Below, in pieces: positions 1-11,704 of a stretch of 64,000 nt of DNA. The stretch comes from Vicugna vicugna (lineage: Eukaryota), in assembly GCA_013265495.1 (NCBI GenBank), contig MU057640.1, positions 1,249,303-1,313,302 on the forward strand, written 5' to 3'. A program made the translations under genes and the position numbers. The notes beneath the pieces were generated by a model that was not told where the DNA came from, ran no database searches, and saw only the letters and a list, made by a program, of their open reading frames with translations. Within the stretch, counting starts at the first letter, position 1. Each line of letters begins with the position of its first letter.

Positions 1-516
1 CCCTGGGAGGGACTCAGGGCAGCTGAGATCTGTGAGGCAGACAGTAGGACTACTTCTGCCACCCACCCCCCAACTGCCCCGCAGGCTTCACTCTCCCTGC
101 AGATTTCTTTGGATTTCACCTGCGTTTGGTGAAGGTGAAGGTGGAGGTTGGCAGACGCTGGCCCTTCAACCACTCTTTTTTTTTCCTTTTATATCCCTGA
201 AACCTCTACCTCTGGTTTCCTACCTTTCTGAGAACCTCAGTCTGAGATAACTGGCCAGCCTGTTGGCATTCTGCTGACCCTGAAGAGACTTGGGAAGATC
301 ATGGCAGTTACGCTGTTTCTTTTCAATAATAATGAGTAAGATGTCATATAAAATCAAAGAAAGAACTGATGGAGAAAAAAATACAGTGTAAAAGAAGAGT
401 AATTTAAAACCAAAGTGGGGACAATAAGAGACTTTTCATGAGAAAAACTGAACTACTGATTTAAGCAGACACTCTCTAAAAAAAATCTGTATTTCTGCCT
501 GGCACTGATTTGTGGA

Positions 517-546
517 GTGTGTGTGTACATGTGTGTGTGTGTGTGT
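517..546. repeat. (TG)n microsatellite, interrupted
   Basis: gtgtgtgtgtacatgtgtgtgtgtgtgtgt read directly. Confidence 0.9.
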
Positions 547-964
547 AGTTTGCATGTTTTATTAATTGTTAGAAATGTAACCACTTTAAGTTTGACCCTA
601 GGCTAGTTCTCCCCTCCTGTAAGACCTTGTATATAGTATGCTGTTGCCAACGTGTACATAACTAATTGCCCATGACAAATCTGTCCCCACACTTTCTTCC
701 TTTTCCCATAATCTGGATCTTAGTTGTAAGCCCTGTGTATTCATTGCATTTCATTTATACCAAGCTTCCTCCCTGCCTCACCTGGAATCTTTCTGAAGAC
801 AGGGAGCTTGCATGTCATTGCTTGAAGATGGGCTAGTTGCATCTCAGAGGGTATAGTTTCCCTGTAGTCACCTGTGCCTGGAAGGTTAGACCACATCTCC
901 CATGAAGCCAATCCTGGCTTACCCTACACTTTCTGGAATTCAGTTTTGAAAATCTCTGGAGCAT

Positions 965-1058
965 TAGTTCTCAGCCTTAGCTGCACATTAAAATCACCTG
1001 AGGCTGATGTATTTGTTACATCATAGACTTTGGGGACAGGATCCAAGTATTAGTGATT
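965..1058. mobile_element. MER5-like hAT-Charlie MITE, left part (split by later insertions)
   Basis: tagttctcagccttagctgcacattaaaatcacctg resembles the MER5 terminus; the rest appears to resume at ~4398-4428 and ~5302-5345. Confidence 0.6.
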
Positions 1059-4000
1059 GTTTTCTAGCTTTAGTGAGATTATGAGTGACAAATGAAGAAG
1101 TGTATATAAGTGTATAAGGTACACAATGTGATGTTTTGATTTACATATATGTTGTGGAATGATTACCACAAAAGCTGTTATGTATCTATCACCTTACATT
1201 GTTGCCTTTTTTTTTTCCTTCTAGTGAGAACATTTGAGACCAAGTATATAATATGTTATTATTAACTATAATCACTATGCTGTACATTAGGTATCCAGAA
1301 CTTACTTACCTCATAACTGAAAGTTTGTGCCCTTTAACAAACATCTCCCCCATAAAATGGTACAGACTGAGAAAAGAAACAGAAAAGAATTTTCCATTGA
1401 ACTTTATATTTGTAGAATACTGGTTTACCAAAATATTTCTATCTAAAGTATTACCCACAAAAACAGTATACAGATCTCAGTATCTAATAGTAAAATTTAA
1501 CAAGTGGGGTGTATAATTACAATAACTGTTAAATGCTAGCATGATATGTATATAATAAAACTACATTTATTTTTTGCCAAGGTGCAATGCTCTAATAAAA
1601 TACTGCTTTATAAAATGATTTACATTTTAATCAAAACAATATTTTCCACCTGTATCTGAGGATAGCCAATTCGTTACTTAAATGTTTGAAAAAAATTAAT
1701 GATGAAAAATAAAAATGGTATAAGTGCAAAAAAAAACAACAACAAAAAACAAACATCTCCCCTTTTTCCCCATCCCCTAGCCCCTGGTAACACCATTCTG
1801 CTCTCTCTTATTGTAAGTTTGACTTCCTTTTTAGATTTAACATATAAATCGATCATGCGGTATTTGTTTTTCTATGCCTGGTTTATTTCACTTAGCATAA
1901 TGTTCTCAGGGTTCATCTACATCCCACATGGCAGGATTTCCTTCTTTTCTTAGGGCTAAATAATATTGCCTTAAATTCATTTTTTTCACATTTTCTTTAT
2001 CCACTCATCTGTCAACACTTAGCTTGCCTTCATATCTTGGGTACTATAAAGAACGCTTCAGTGAACATGAAAGTACAGATATCTCTTTGAGATAATGATT
2101 TCATTTCCTTTGGAGATATACCCAGAAGTCAGATTGCTGGATCACATGTTAAGCTTATTTTTAATTTTTTGAGGAAACTTTATACTGTTTTCCATGGTTG
2201 CTATACCATTTTACATTTCCACCGCAATGAAAATGGGTTCCCTTTTCTCCACATCCTCACAGACACTTGTTGTCTTTTGACTTTTTGATAATAGCTGTCC
2301 TGACAAGTGTGTGGTGATGTTTCATTGTGGTTTTGATTTGCATTTCTCTGGTCATCAGCGATACTGGCTGTTTGTATACCTTCTTTGGAAAAAATGTCTA
2401 TTCAGGTTCTTTGGCCATTTTTAAATCGAGTTATTTGGAGGTTTTTTGCTACTGAATTGTATGAGTTCCTTATACATTTTGGATATTATCCCTTATCAGA
2501 TATATGGTTTACAAATATTTTCTCCCATTCTGTAAGTTATTGATTGTTTCCTTTACTGGTGCCCCAAATTCCGTGGGCTTTCTTCACTCTTTTTATTCTT
2601 TTGTCTTTTTGTACCACTAACTGGGTAATTTCACATGACCTACCTCTTAGTTTGCAGATTCTTTCTTTAGTTTGGTCACGTCTGCTGCTGATGCTCCCTA
2701 TTGAACTTTTTATTTCATTCATTGTATCCTTCAGCTTCAGGATTTCTGTTTGGTTCTTTATGGAATGTCTATCTCTCTGTTGAACTTCTTGTTTTTGTCC
2801 CTATACTGTTTTCCTGAATTCATTGAGTTGTCTGTTGTCTTGTAGCTCACTGAGCTTCCTTAAAACAATTACTTGGAATTATTTGTCCAGCAATTTATAG
2901 CTCTTTATTTCTTTGGAGTTATTTACTGGAAAATTATTGTGTTTCTTCGGTGACATCCTATTACCTTGATTTTTCAAATTTCTTGTAGCCTTGTGTTAAT
3001 GTATGCATTTGATGTAGCACTCACCTCTGCCAGACTCCATGGTGGGGAAAGACTTCGCCTATGGGTGTGTGCAAGGGCATTGGCTGGGTAGGGTGTGGCA
3101 GCTCCTGCTCCAGGGAGGGCACAGCGGGGGAGTGCCTGTGCTTGCCCATCAGCTGCGGTCAGCGTTTGCAGAGATTGCAGGCGTCCTCAGCAGCCAATGC
3201 AGTGAGTGCAGCAGTGAGGGCTGTTGGGGTCTTTGGTGGCAAAGGCTTCTGGGCTTTTCCTAATCTCTTTTTCTCCCACACAGGAAGTTACGGTCAAGGG
3301 AATTGCTCTTGGCAGCAGGTCTGGCTCTGGAAGTACTCCAGGTGGTGGTGGCGCCAGTGCTGATGCAGAAGCACCCACAGAGCAGCCGTAGAGCTGGCGT
3401 CTGGAGCACAGGTACGTGCAGAGTTACAGTTGGTCCAGGTCCTGCTGCAGGTGGCCCAGTGTCCTAGGTGTGGGCACTCACAGAGCGGCTGCAGAGCCAG
3501 TGTTCTGAGCGCAGATGTGTGCAAATGTCTGCCCACAACTCTGAGGTCCAGGACACAGATGTGCCCATTGAGGTGACAGCCCTGTATCCTAGGCCCAGGT
3601 ACTCACAGAGTGGCTGCAGAGCCAGAACCCAGAGCTGGGGTGTGAGCAGAGTGACTGTGGCTCCGTGGTCCAGGGAGCAGGGTGCAGACACACCTGCTGG
3701 AGCTACAGCACTCACAGAGGGGCCCAAGAACCAGGGTCTGGAGCTAGCTCAGGGCACAGGCTAGTCCAGGGTGACAGCGGCTCTGGTGACCAAGGCATGG
3801 GTGCACATCGAGCAGCCATGGCTGTTGGGTCCAGGGCATGCAGGGTGGGGGGCAGGGTCAGCCCCAGTCCTGGGGAGGTGCGACACAGCTCCTTCCTGCA
3901 GCAAGGGCATCCCCTCTCCAGGGGGCCCATGGCTGTGATGACCATTGGTTATCTGGTAAGGTGGGGGTTACCTACTAAGGGGTCGTCTTTGGAGCAGGCT

Positions 4001-4397
4001 TCTAAGGCCTTGTGAAAACTACAGGAAGTCTGTGGCTATTGTGGGGGCTACTGATATCTTCAGTGGCAGAGGCTGCCGGGATCCATCCCAGAGCAGGCCA
4101 CTGGGAAACACGTATCAGCAGGTATCACTCGGCACCCCCACGTTTCTTCTTTGTTCCCAGCTCTCTGCAGATGTCTCAGCCATGCACGCTCCCCAGCAGT
4201 CCTCCCTTTGCAGTTATTCTCCACTTTTGTTGTCGGTGTTGACAATGATGATGATGTTCCCCTGTGTTGCTGCAGCTTCTTAATTGGACTTGAGCCATCC
4301 CAGGGCTGTTTTTGTCCATGGGTAGTTGTCTGTTGTTCTGTAAGGGGGGACTGAAGGCTGGTAGCTCCTACTCCACCATCTTGCTGATGACACCCCT
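1059..4397 (-). mobile_element. LINE-1 with 5' end, partial ORF1, large internal deletion, ORF2 tail and 3'UTR
   Basis: The minus strand starts ggaggggtgtcatcagcaagatggtggagtagg (L1 5' end with AAGATGG YY1-type motif). ORF 2537-2722 resembles the ORF1p coiled coil (..SRRDQTKERI..IWGTSKGNN). 1059-2535 is the L1 ORF2 end/3'UTR. Degenerate TSD at 1043-1058 / 4398-4413 (12/16). Confidence 0.85.
1351..1747 (+). pseudogene. Orphan retroposed polyadenylated RNA 3' end (processed-pseudogene fragment or orphan transduction)
   Basis: Perfect 15-bp TSD aacaaacatctcccc at 1336-1350 and 1748-1762; AATAAA at 1708-1713; A-rich tail from 1728; it interrupts the L1 3'UTR, which resumes cleanly. Confidence 0.8.
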
Positions 4398-4428
4398 CCA
4401 GGCACGAGTGATTTTTAAAGCTCTCAGG

Positions 4429-5301
4429 CAGTCCTGACATGGTGGTAATGTTTAGCAACCAGTTTTTCAGAAGAGAAAAATCGGTATGCGTATACCTACG
4501 GAAGATTATGGTAAATTCTAGTGACATATAAGATGCGTAGCACACAATGTACATATAAAAATAACACGTAATACTCTTTATTGTGAACTCCACTTAGCCA
4601 GTTGATTTTCACAGAGGGATTTCATTTATTTTTAGTGTACTTCTGTATTCATAGCTAACATACAATTGACAAATGAGTGTAGTTCAGACCTGAATGCTGA
4701 TTGATACTCTCATTCATGTTAATGAGGAAAATGAAAGTGAAACATGTAGAATTTTACTCAGTTGTCAATAGCATGAGTTGACTTCTTAATCAGATAATAA
4801 TTTTGACTATTGGAGAAATATTTCCTCAATTTTTGTGTTATTCACAATGTAACGGTTATAAACAGGACGTGCTTTCAAGTTTAATCTGCATTACTGACAT
4901 TGTTTTCTGTTATTCCCTTAAGCCTAGACAATCAACAAGACAATAGAGCAAGCCCTGATTGTAGTATTTGCCATTTTTCATGGTACAAATACTCCCATCG
5001 TGGACACTTCTAAGCTAACAGTGTGACATCGCTGAGCACAGGAGTTGGGAAGAGATGAGTGGCTGATGCCATTATGGGGTACTTCCACCAGACAAACACA
5101 GTAGATGCAGAAACCTCAAGCATAGAAAAGAATAAAATAATTAGGGAGAGATGGGCTTTGTTTTTAATATAATGTAGTTAATTATACTTTCATATGATTA
5201 ATTTCTCATAACAGGTATATTCAACCACTGGTACACAAAATTTCTGGAAATTTCCAAACTGGTTGTCATAAGCTAGTGTACACCAACTCTGAAACATCAC
5301 T
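4429..5301. mobile_element. MER63-like hAT-Blackjack DNA transposon
   Basis: Ends cagt..ggtggtaatgtttagcaacc and ..ggaaatttccaaactggttgtc..aacatcact resemble MER63 termini; possible 8-bp TSD ctctcagg/ctcccaga. Confidence 0.6.
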
Positions 5302-6367
5302 TCTCCCAGAGGGGTCCAGTGGGCTGCCAGGATTGGAAACCCTACCACAGAGGAAAACGGAACATGACTCTGTTGCTCTGAGGCCTGAATCACAGGCTGA
5401 TCCCCGTGGCTTCCTCAGTTTCCTCGGCTTTACTCCCCTTTACTCCTTGTGTTTGGTCTTAAGATAGAAAAGTTTCTATGGATCTCCAGAGGGGCGGGTT
5501 CCCCATTAGAGGGTATGTGTTCAAAACTTGCCTTTCTGTTGGACACTCAGACCAGCCGTGACTCTCTAAGGCCAGTATCCCGTTCTTCTCCATCCTGAAC
5601 CCCCTCCGGATGTGGCTCAGGGTGCACTGTCAGGGTGATGCAGTGGCTCATGGCAGGCAGCACTCATCATTCACCTCAATGGCAGGACATTCTTTGCCCA
5701 TGGGAATGATTGACCACAGACGAACACTTTTGGGGCCAGTTCATCTTCCCACCGCCCTGAAGCCACTGCTCTGTAGCCCGTTTCCGCGTAATTTTTTATT
5801 TGCGAATACAAGATGATTCTGCATGCTAATTGCTGAGGCCCGTGCACTTGAAGATAATCTCATTAATAACTCAGTTCACTTCATTGTTCTTGATCTTTGT
5901 CCTGTGGCTGTAAATGCATTAGAAATGTCAGGATTCCTCTGGTCTTCGAGACCTTTGAGGGTTTAATTATATCCACCCTTTTGCTTCCTTTTTTCCTCTC
6001 CGAAATCTCCAGTGGTTTGTGTGTGTGGTTTTGGGTTTTTTTATTTGTCATGATTGTTGTTTCCTGCCTTCCCTCACTCTTAGAGTAACTGCTAGCCCCA
6101 AGGATTTAAAGGACTTCGCATCTTCTTGAAGCCTGGATTTCAGCCACTTTAGCGTGTATCCCATTCACGCCCTGCAGGAGCCACTGCAGGGTTTGCCCCT
6201 GGAGGGCTGACAGGTTCTACTGGATCCTCCCAGGAGGCAGCCCCATCTGCCCTGGGGCCCTTCCAGCTTGAAACAATTTCCTCACATTGAGTCAAAGTCT
6301 GCCTTTCTATGACTTCAGCCCATAAGTCCTAGTTTTTCCCCACAGTAACAACACTGCCTCTTTTAAA

Positions 6368-6575
6368 GTAGCATTTCCAACATTTTCTGATATAAAGAAC
6401 TACTTGAGGTGCTTGTTAAAAAATAATACAAAACAAACAACAACAATAACAAAAACCCAGATTCTCTAGTCCTATTTCATACCCAGGGTATCAAAGATCA
6501 GGAAAAAGCTGGGGATTCCATGTTTTTAACCAGCTCCTCAGGTGATTTTTAGGATGAAAAACATTTTTCTACAAG
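6368..6575. mobile_element. MER5-like hAT MITE
   Basis: gaggtgcttgttaaaaat..cagattc..tttttaaccagctcctcaggtgattttt resembles the MER5 core. Confidence 0.6.
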
Positions 6576-6908
6576 AGTAAACTGCCTCTATTTGAAGGCT
6601 ATTAATTTTTGTATCTCCAAACTTTTTTTTTCCCAAATGAAATATCCCTTGTTCCTAAAACCAAACCTTCCAAGAAATTCTCCAGACCTCCTTCCAACCT
6701 GTTTGTTCTCTGGTGCAAACAGCAGGCCCAACTGAGTTCCCTGTTCAAATATGACACCCATGTGTGAAAACGGTCTCCATTGCTTTATGTGCTTATTCTC
6801 TTAACAAACGACTCTTCAGCACATGTGAATGACAGGTGCTGTGTCAGATGCTGAAAATAAAGAACAATATAATCACAGTTCCTTTACTGTTTTCCTAAAG
6901 CTGATAGT

Positions 6909-6982
6909 AAGAAAGAGAAGGAGAAAGGAAGGGGAGGAGGAAGAAAAGAGGAAAAGAAAGAGGGAGAAAAGAAGGAAGAAGG
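6909..6982 (+). repeat. GA-rich polypurine low-complexity tract
   Basis: ~74 nt of A/G only. Confidence 0.85.
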
Positions 6983-7353
6983 TGTTGATAAAAAATTAAT
7001 AGTCAATCTAAGAAAGAAGTAGACATTTTTATTTGAGAAAACCTCAGAATTATAACCTGGGAGACAATCTTGCAGAAAGCTCTGAGGACTGTTTAGCCTG
7101 TTAGAGGTCAAAGCACAGTCATACACATTTTTGAGACAAAGGGTTATACATTAACTGATGTATTGACAGTTTACACAATCCAGGTCCACACTAAAAAGAT
7201 TAAGAAGGAAGTTTCTCTCCTGAGGAGGTCCGGTTAATGCAGATGCACGAAACCCACTCACGGGGAGGGAGGAGACCCAAACAGGCAGGGAAACGTTTTA
7301 CATTGACATTTTTTTTTATTGTCTTGCCATAAAATGTGAATTTTATTTCATCA
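6983..7353 (-). mobile_element. ERV1-class solo LTR
   Basis: TGTTGA..TCATCA termini; 4-bp TSD aagg at 6979-6982 / 7354-7357; TTTATT (minus-strand AATAAA) near 7028. Confidence 0.75.
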
Positions 7354-7407
7354 AAGGGACAGAGACAAATAATTAGAAAATGTGTGAAATACTGTGAAAG
7401 CAGCAAG

Positions 7408-7891
7408 TGTGAGGAAGGAAAAAATAACTTTCCCTCGATCCTTCTGAGTTCTTAGCTGAGACCCCTGTAGTAGAAGATAAAGATTTAGAGGAGAAAACAA
7501 GGGTACACATGGGAGATACCCAGGAAAACTGAGGAGCTCCCTGAAGTGGCTGAGAATTCAGGATTAAATAGCATCTTCATAGAGAGAGGGAGAGGAAATG
7601 GTCTTCAGGAAAGATGAAGGGACCCTAAGATCATTCATGACAGTCTGATGTGAAGACCCCCTCTAGTCTCCTCTCCTGTAATGAGTCAGTCTTCCCTGGT
7701 TGACCACCCCCTCCCACAGGGAGGTGATTCAGGACAAGTGAGTTCCTTTTGGAGGCTTTGTCTTTAGCCAGATGACGGGAGCCAGAGAAAGCCTCTTTCT
7801 GCTTTTGCTGTTTTTCAAGAGCCTAGAGCTCAAAACAATCAATATACAAAAGCAGCCTATTTGGGGGCAGCATGTCCTGCTACCGCTCACA
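7408..7891 (-). mobile_element. MER34-like ERV1 solo LTR
   Basis: Perfect inverted termini TGTGAG..CTCACA; flanking direct repeat agcaag at 7402-7407 / 7892-7897; minus-strand start ..caggacatgctgcccccaaatagg resembles MER34/MER39 U3. Confidence 0.75.
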
Positions 7892-8081
7892 AGCAAGGGG
7901 CTGGGAAAGGATGGTCAGGGAAGGCATCTCTGAAAATGTGTTAGTTATGCTCTGACCTACAAAATGACAAGGAGTGAATAAAAAATACTGAAGCCAGAGG
8001 GGCAGGGCAAAGGGGGTGTTTAGTGGACAAAGACCCTTAGGTGCAAAAGAACCTGGCATGTTCTAGAATCAATGTGGCCAG

Positions 8082-8130
8082 TCGGGGCCGTCGATAGCTC
8101 AGTTGGTAAAGCAGAGGACTGCAGTGGATA
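8082..8130 (+). pseudogene. 3'-truncated (tailless) retropseudogene of intron-containing pre-tRNA-Tyr(GTA)
   Basis: 8088-8124 ccgtcgatagctcagttggtaaagcagaggactgcag matches the 37-nt tRNA-Tyr 5' exon (CCTTCGATAGCTCAGTTGGTAGAGCGGAGGACTGTAG, 4 mismatches), followed by tggata; TSD tagaatcaatgtggccag (8064-8081) / taaaatcagtgtggctgg (8129-8146). Confidence 0.8.
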
Positions 8131-10819
8131 AAATCAGTGTGGCTGGAGCATGGTGTGCAGGAGAGAGATCTAAGGTGAGGTTGGAAAGGTAAACAGAGAC
8201 TGGACCATCACACAAGACAAAGAAATTTGGATTTTATTCTATATGAAATGTGAAGCCACCAAAATATTTTAAGCTCGGAATGGCAGGATCTGGTGTCTAT
8301 TTCAAGGTCATTCTTCAGAACTTCTGACATAAACTTATGCAAATCAGTATCTTTTCCCTTCTCCTGGAAAATACACAGAAGCAATAAAGAAAATTAAAAA
8401 GAAAACCCACAAATTCAATTTCAGCTATACTAGGAGACAAATACAATTTACAGCTTTCAAAATATGCTTAAAGATGTCCCAAAGCAGCTAAAATGAGGTA
8501 GAAAGTAAAGACAGGAAACAGAGAATTGCAAGAGGGTTCAGTGGTATGTTTATGAAAGTGACATAAAGTACTCTTCCTGAAAGCGACAGGCTCACCCATG
8601 TGCAGAACTCTCTTCTTTACAAGTACGAAAACTGATATGAGCAGGGCTGGTAACAGGTGACCTCCTCGGTCTGACTTGCATCAGAGAAGCAGTGGGAATG
8701 GACTATACAAAGCATCACCAGTTGAGCCATGTTTGCAGACAAACTCTCTCTGAGGCAGCCGACAGTAAGAGCCTTTGAATTATGAAGCCTTAAAACTTCC
8801 TTGTTGCCCTACCCCAAAGGAATCTCCTGCAAAGAGCTTTGCCAAAAATACTTCTCACTCAAAGGTGAGTAATCATAAAGAAACTGCCAAAATATTGATA
8901 CAAAGATACCATAAGAAAGAAAGATGGAAAAGAGCAGTAAAACTTACCAACAGATATAATTGCTAGTAGAAAAATGTTACAATGAAATGGGTGAAAATCG
9001 TGAGCAAATTCTTGCTAAGAATTAAAATAACCTAATGACGTAATTGCCTCTACAAAGGAAAATCCACAGAGTACAGGTGTAAGAAATTAAGGAAGAGATG
9101 ACAAACTTCAGGAGGAGATAAAAGGAACTAGAATACGTCAAAAAAAAATTGTACATCAACAATACCTCAATTCAAAAAGGAAAAAACTTGAACTAGAAAA
9201 ACTCAGGAAATTATCAAAGGAAAAACATGTAAAATTTGGAAGGAGCTCAGGCAACATAGGCATTTCAGAAAAACACAATAAGGGACACAGGATAGAAATA
9301 AAAACAAAGATGAAAATGAAATGGCAACAAAGGAATAACTAAAAAGGATGAGAGAAAACAGTGATCAACATGGAGAACGGATGAGAGAAGCCCAGTATAC
9401 CTTCAGCTGGAAGAAGGAAGAAAACCTGGACAATGATAAAGAAGACTATTCAAAGGTAAAATTCAAGAGATCGTCCTCAACCTTAAATTTGTACATTGAA
9501 ATTGCACACCCTAGGTCAGGGGAAATGTTATTCTTGACGGTGAAAACATTATACAATAAAAATGGAAGAGAAAAGGGGAAAGTTGTTAGGGGTAGAGTAA
9601 GTTCAGAGATGGTGTCATCTGTAAAAACAGGACATTTAAAACTTAAATTAACAAGTAATCGAAATGTAAGTACATATAATGGTTCAAAAGAAATGCTGAG
9701 AAAGATAGCATCAACAAAAATCAGGTGACTGAGGAAAAGAAGTTAAAAGAAGTTATCACTTCTCTAAGGAATTTAATGGATATTTTCGAAAGAAACAAAG
9801 GACTGAGGGCATTAAAGGAAATTACATTATAAATTGTTACTCATTAACAAAACAAAAATGGATACCTTTCTAAATGTCAGAAATACTGCCGGGAGAACCA
9901 ACACACACAAAAAAGACTGGAAGATTAGAAAAAACATTTTTAAATTCAGGAAACATAATATAAATTAAAATAATAGAACTGAAACCAAACAGATTCGTCA
10001 CATCAGTTAATGCAAATGGCTTCACTTATCTATTAAAATAAAAAAGACTTTCAGATTGGATCACAAAGCCAAAACTACCTCTATGCAGCATACAAATACA
10101 CACCTGGAAAAAAAAAAAAGTTACACAGCAAGATTAGAAATGGACATTTAGCAGACTAGGCGAATGAAAACAAACCAAAAAAGGCAGAGGTCATGGTCTT
10201 AAATAAGGTAAGCTAGAATTTAAGCCAAAACACATTAAGTGGAACAAAGAATGCGTAAGATATAAAATATGTAAATAATTAATTAGGTATATCTAAATTG
10301 ACATACATCAAATTGTGTATCCTAAAGGTAATTTGATATATGCCTTCTTTTCAACTGCCTGTGGAACTTTCACAAAAATTAACCATATATTAAACCTACA
10401 AAGAAAACTTCAATTAATTTGAAATAGTAGAAATAGTATAGACAGTATTTTCTGGTCAAAAGCAATAAAATTAGAAATTAAAACAATCAGAAAACAAAAA
10501 GCTCCCTCCATCTGCAAATTTTAAAAACTCTTAAGCCACGTGAGGGTCTAAAAGGAAACAGAAATTGCAGACTTCCCAGAAAGGAAAATATTTAATCTTA
10601 AAAATATTTATAAAAATAAACATGAAAGGAAAAGAAACATGAATTAGGCATCTTGCTCCAAGTTAAGAAATGAACAATAAAATAAACTGAAAGAAGACAG
10701 AAAAAATTAATACAGATAAAGCAGAAATTAATATGTTAGGGGAAAAAAAAACAGCAGGGGCAGTAAGTAAGCCAAAAAGTAGAAGCTTCAAGGAGTTAAA
10801 AATTCATGAACCATTTGGG

Positions 10820-11704
10820 AGATACTGATTTCAGTTCTCCCTTCTTGAAGACTTGTTGCTTCAGCTGTCAGTGACTTCAGGAATTGTCTCTGCTGCAGAG
10901 AGTCCCCTCACTCAGGTCACACCCCTCTGGAGTGAGTGGTCCTTATCCACTATCTGTTCAAAGCAGCAGAGGCCTGGCCATGCAGCCCATTGGGGGACAA
11001 CTCTGGAGGGCCACTCTAGCTCCCTAGCTGCCTGAGAAGTCACCAGAGTTTGTAGTTGGACCCACATCTCTTCTTCCTCTGCCCAATCCTGCTTCCAACC
11101 CATCCCTTCCACAAATATTGATTCTGTTACCGAGTCCAAACTCATTCTTCTCGCCACACGACAGGCCAATAAGTTGGGAGATGGGGTGTTGGGGCAAGGA
11201 ATAACAACTATATTCGGAAAGCCAGCAGACCAAGAAGATGGCAGCCAAATCTTGTGGAGAACCATCTGCCCAAGTCAGAATTCAGACTCCTTTCATACTA
11301 AAAAGAGGAGGGGGTGTGCCTGTTGCAAACTTCTTGGTGTCAGAATCCTTTGTTCTTGCAGCTGTCCACGTGGGTCAGGTGATGGCGTCCCTGTAAACCT
11401 CCAACAAAACAAATGTTATTTTCTGTTCTACAATGTTTTATCTTTATATGAATGCGAAAGTGTTCTGGTCAGAACACTTGAGAACAGGGTCTCCTGTATA
11501 CTTCAGGCTATAGGCAGCATTCTTTTACAAAAGGTGCAGAACCAGCCCAGGAAACAGAGCACAGGGTTAAAGCCAAAGGAACAGATGTAATATGGAGTCA
11601 GAGTTGTTCTTTTCTGTTACAATTCCTGCAGCATTCCCTAATAAACATCTTGTTCACCCAGCTGCGCCGCATGGTCCACTCCCCTGGGGACCCAGCACAC
11701 AACA
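10820..11704 (+). mobile_element. LTR16-like ERVL LTR (interrupted by an ERV1 LTR)
   Basis: ctctgcccaatcctgcttcc..ccctaataaacatc..ggggacccagcacacaaca resembles the LTR16 family 3' half. Confidence 0.6.
11125..11621 (-). mobile_element. ERV1-class solo LTR (MER41-related artiodactyl type)
   Basis: TG..CA termini with perfect 4-bp TSD attc at 11121-11124 / 11622-11625; minus-strand start tgtaacagaaaagaacaactctgactccatatt. Confidence 0.85.

Larger units (their letters stand above)
6790..8312 (-). mobile_element. L2 LINE 3' fragments interrupted by two LTRs, a purine tract and a tRNA retrocopy
   Basis: ttaacaaacgactcttcagcac..aggtgctgtg..gatgctg; ggtcagggaaggcatctctga; gaaatttggattttattct..gaagccac are typical antisense L2 motifs. 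Confidence 0.65.

Noticed and set aside
3360..3750. Spaced repeats as a CRISPR-like array
   Set aside because: The repeats are degenerate, lie inside a eukaryotic L1 5'UTR, and no cas genes are present
8088..8124. A tRNA-Cys(GCA) gene, because the anticodon position reads GCA
   Set aside because: The body matches tRNA-Tyr rather than Cys and the 3' half is absent; GCA is best explained as a point mutation of GTA
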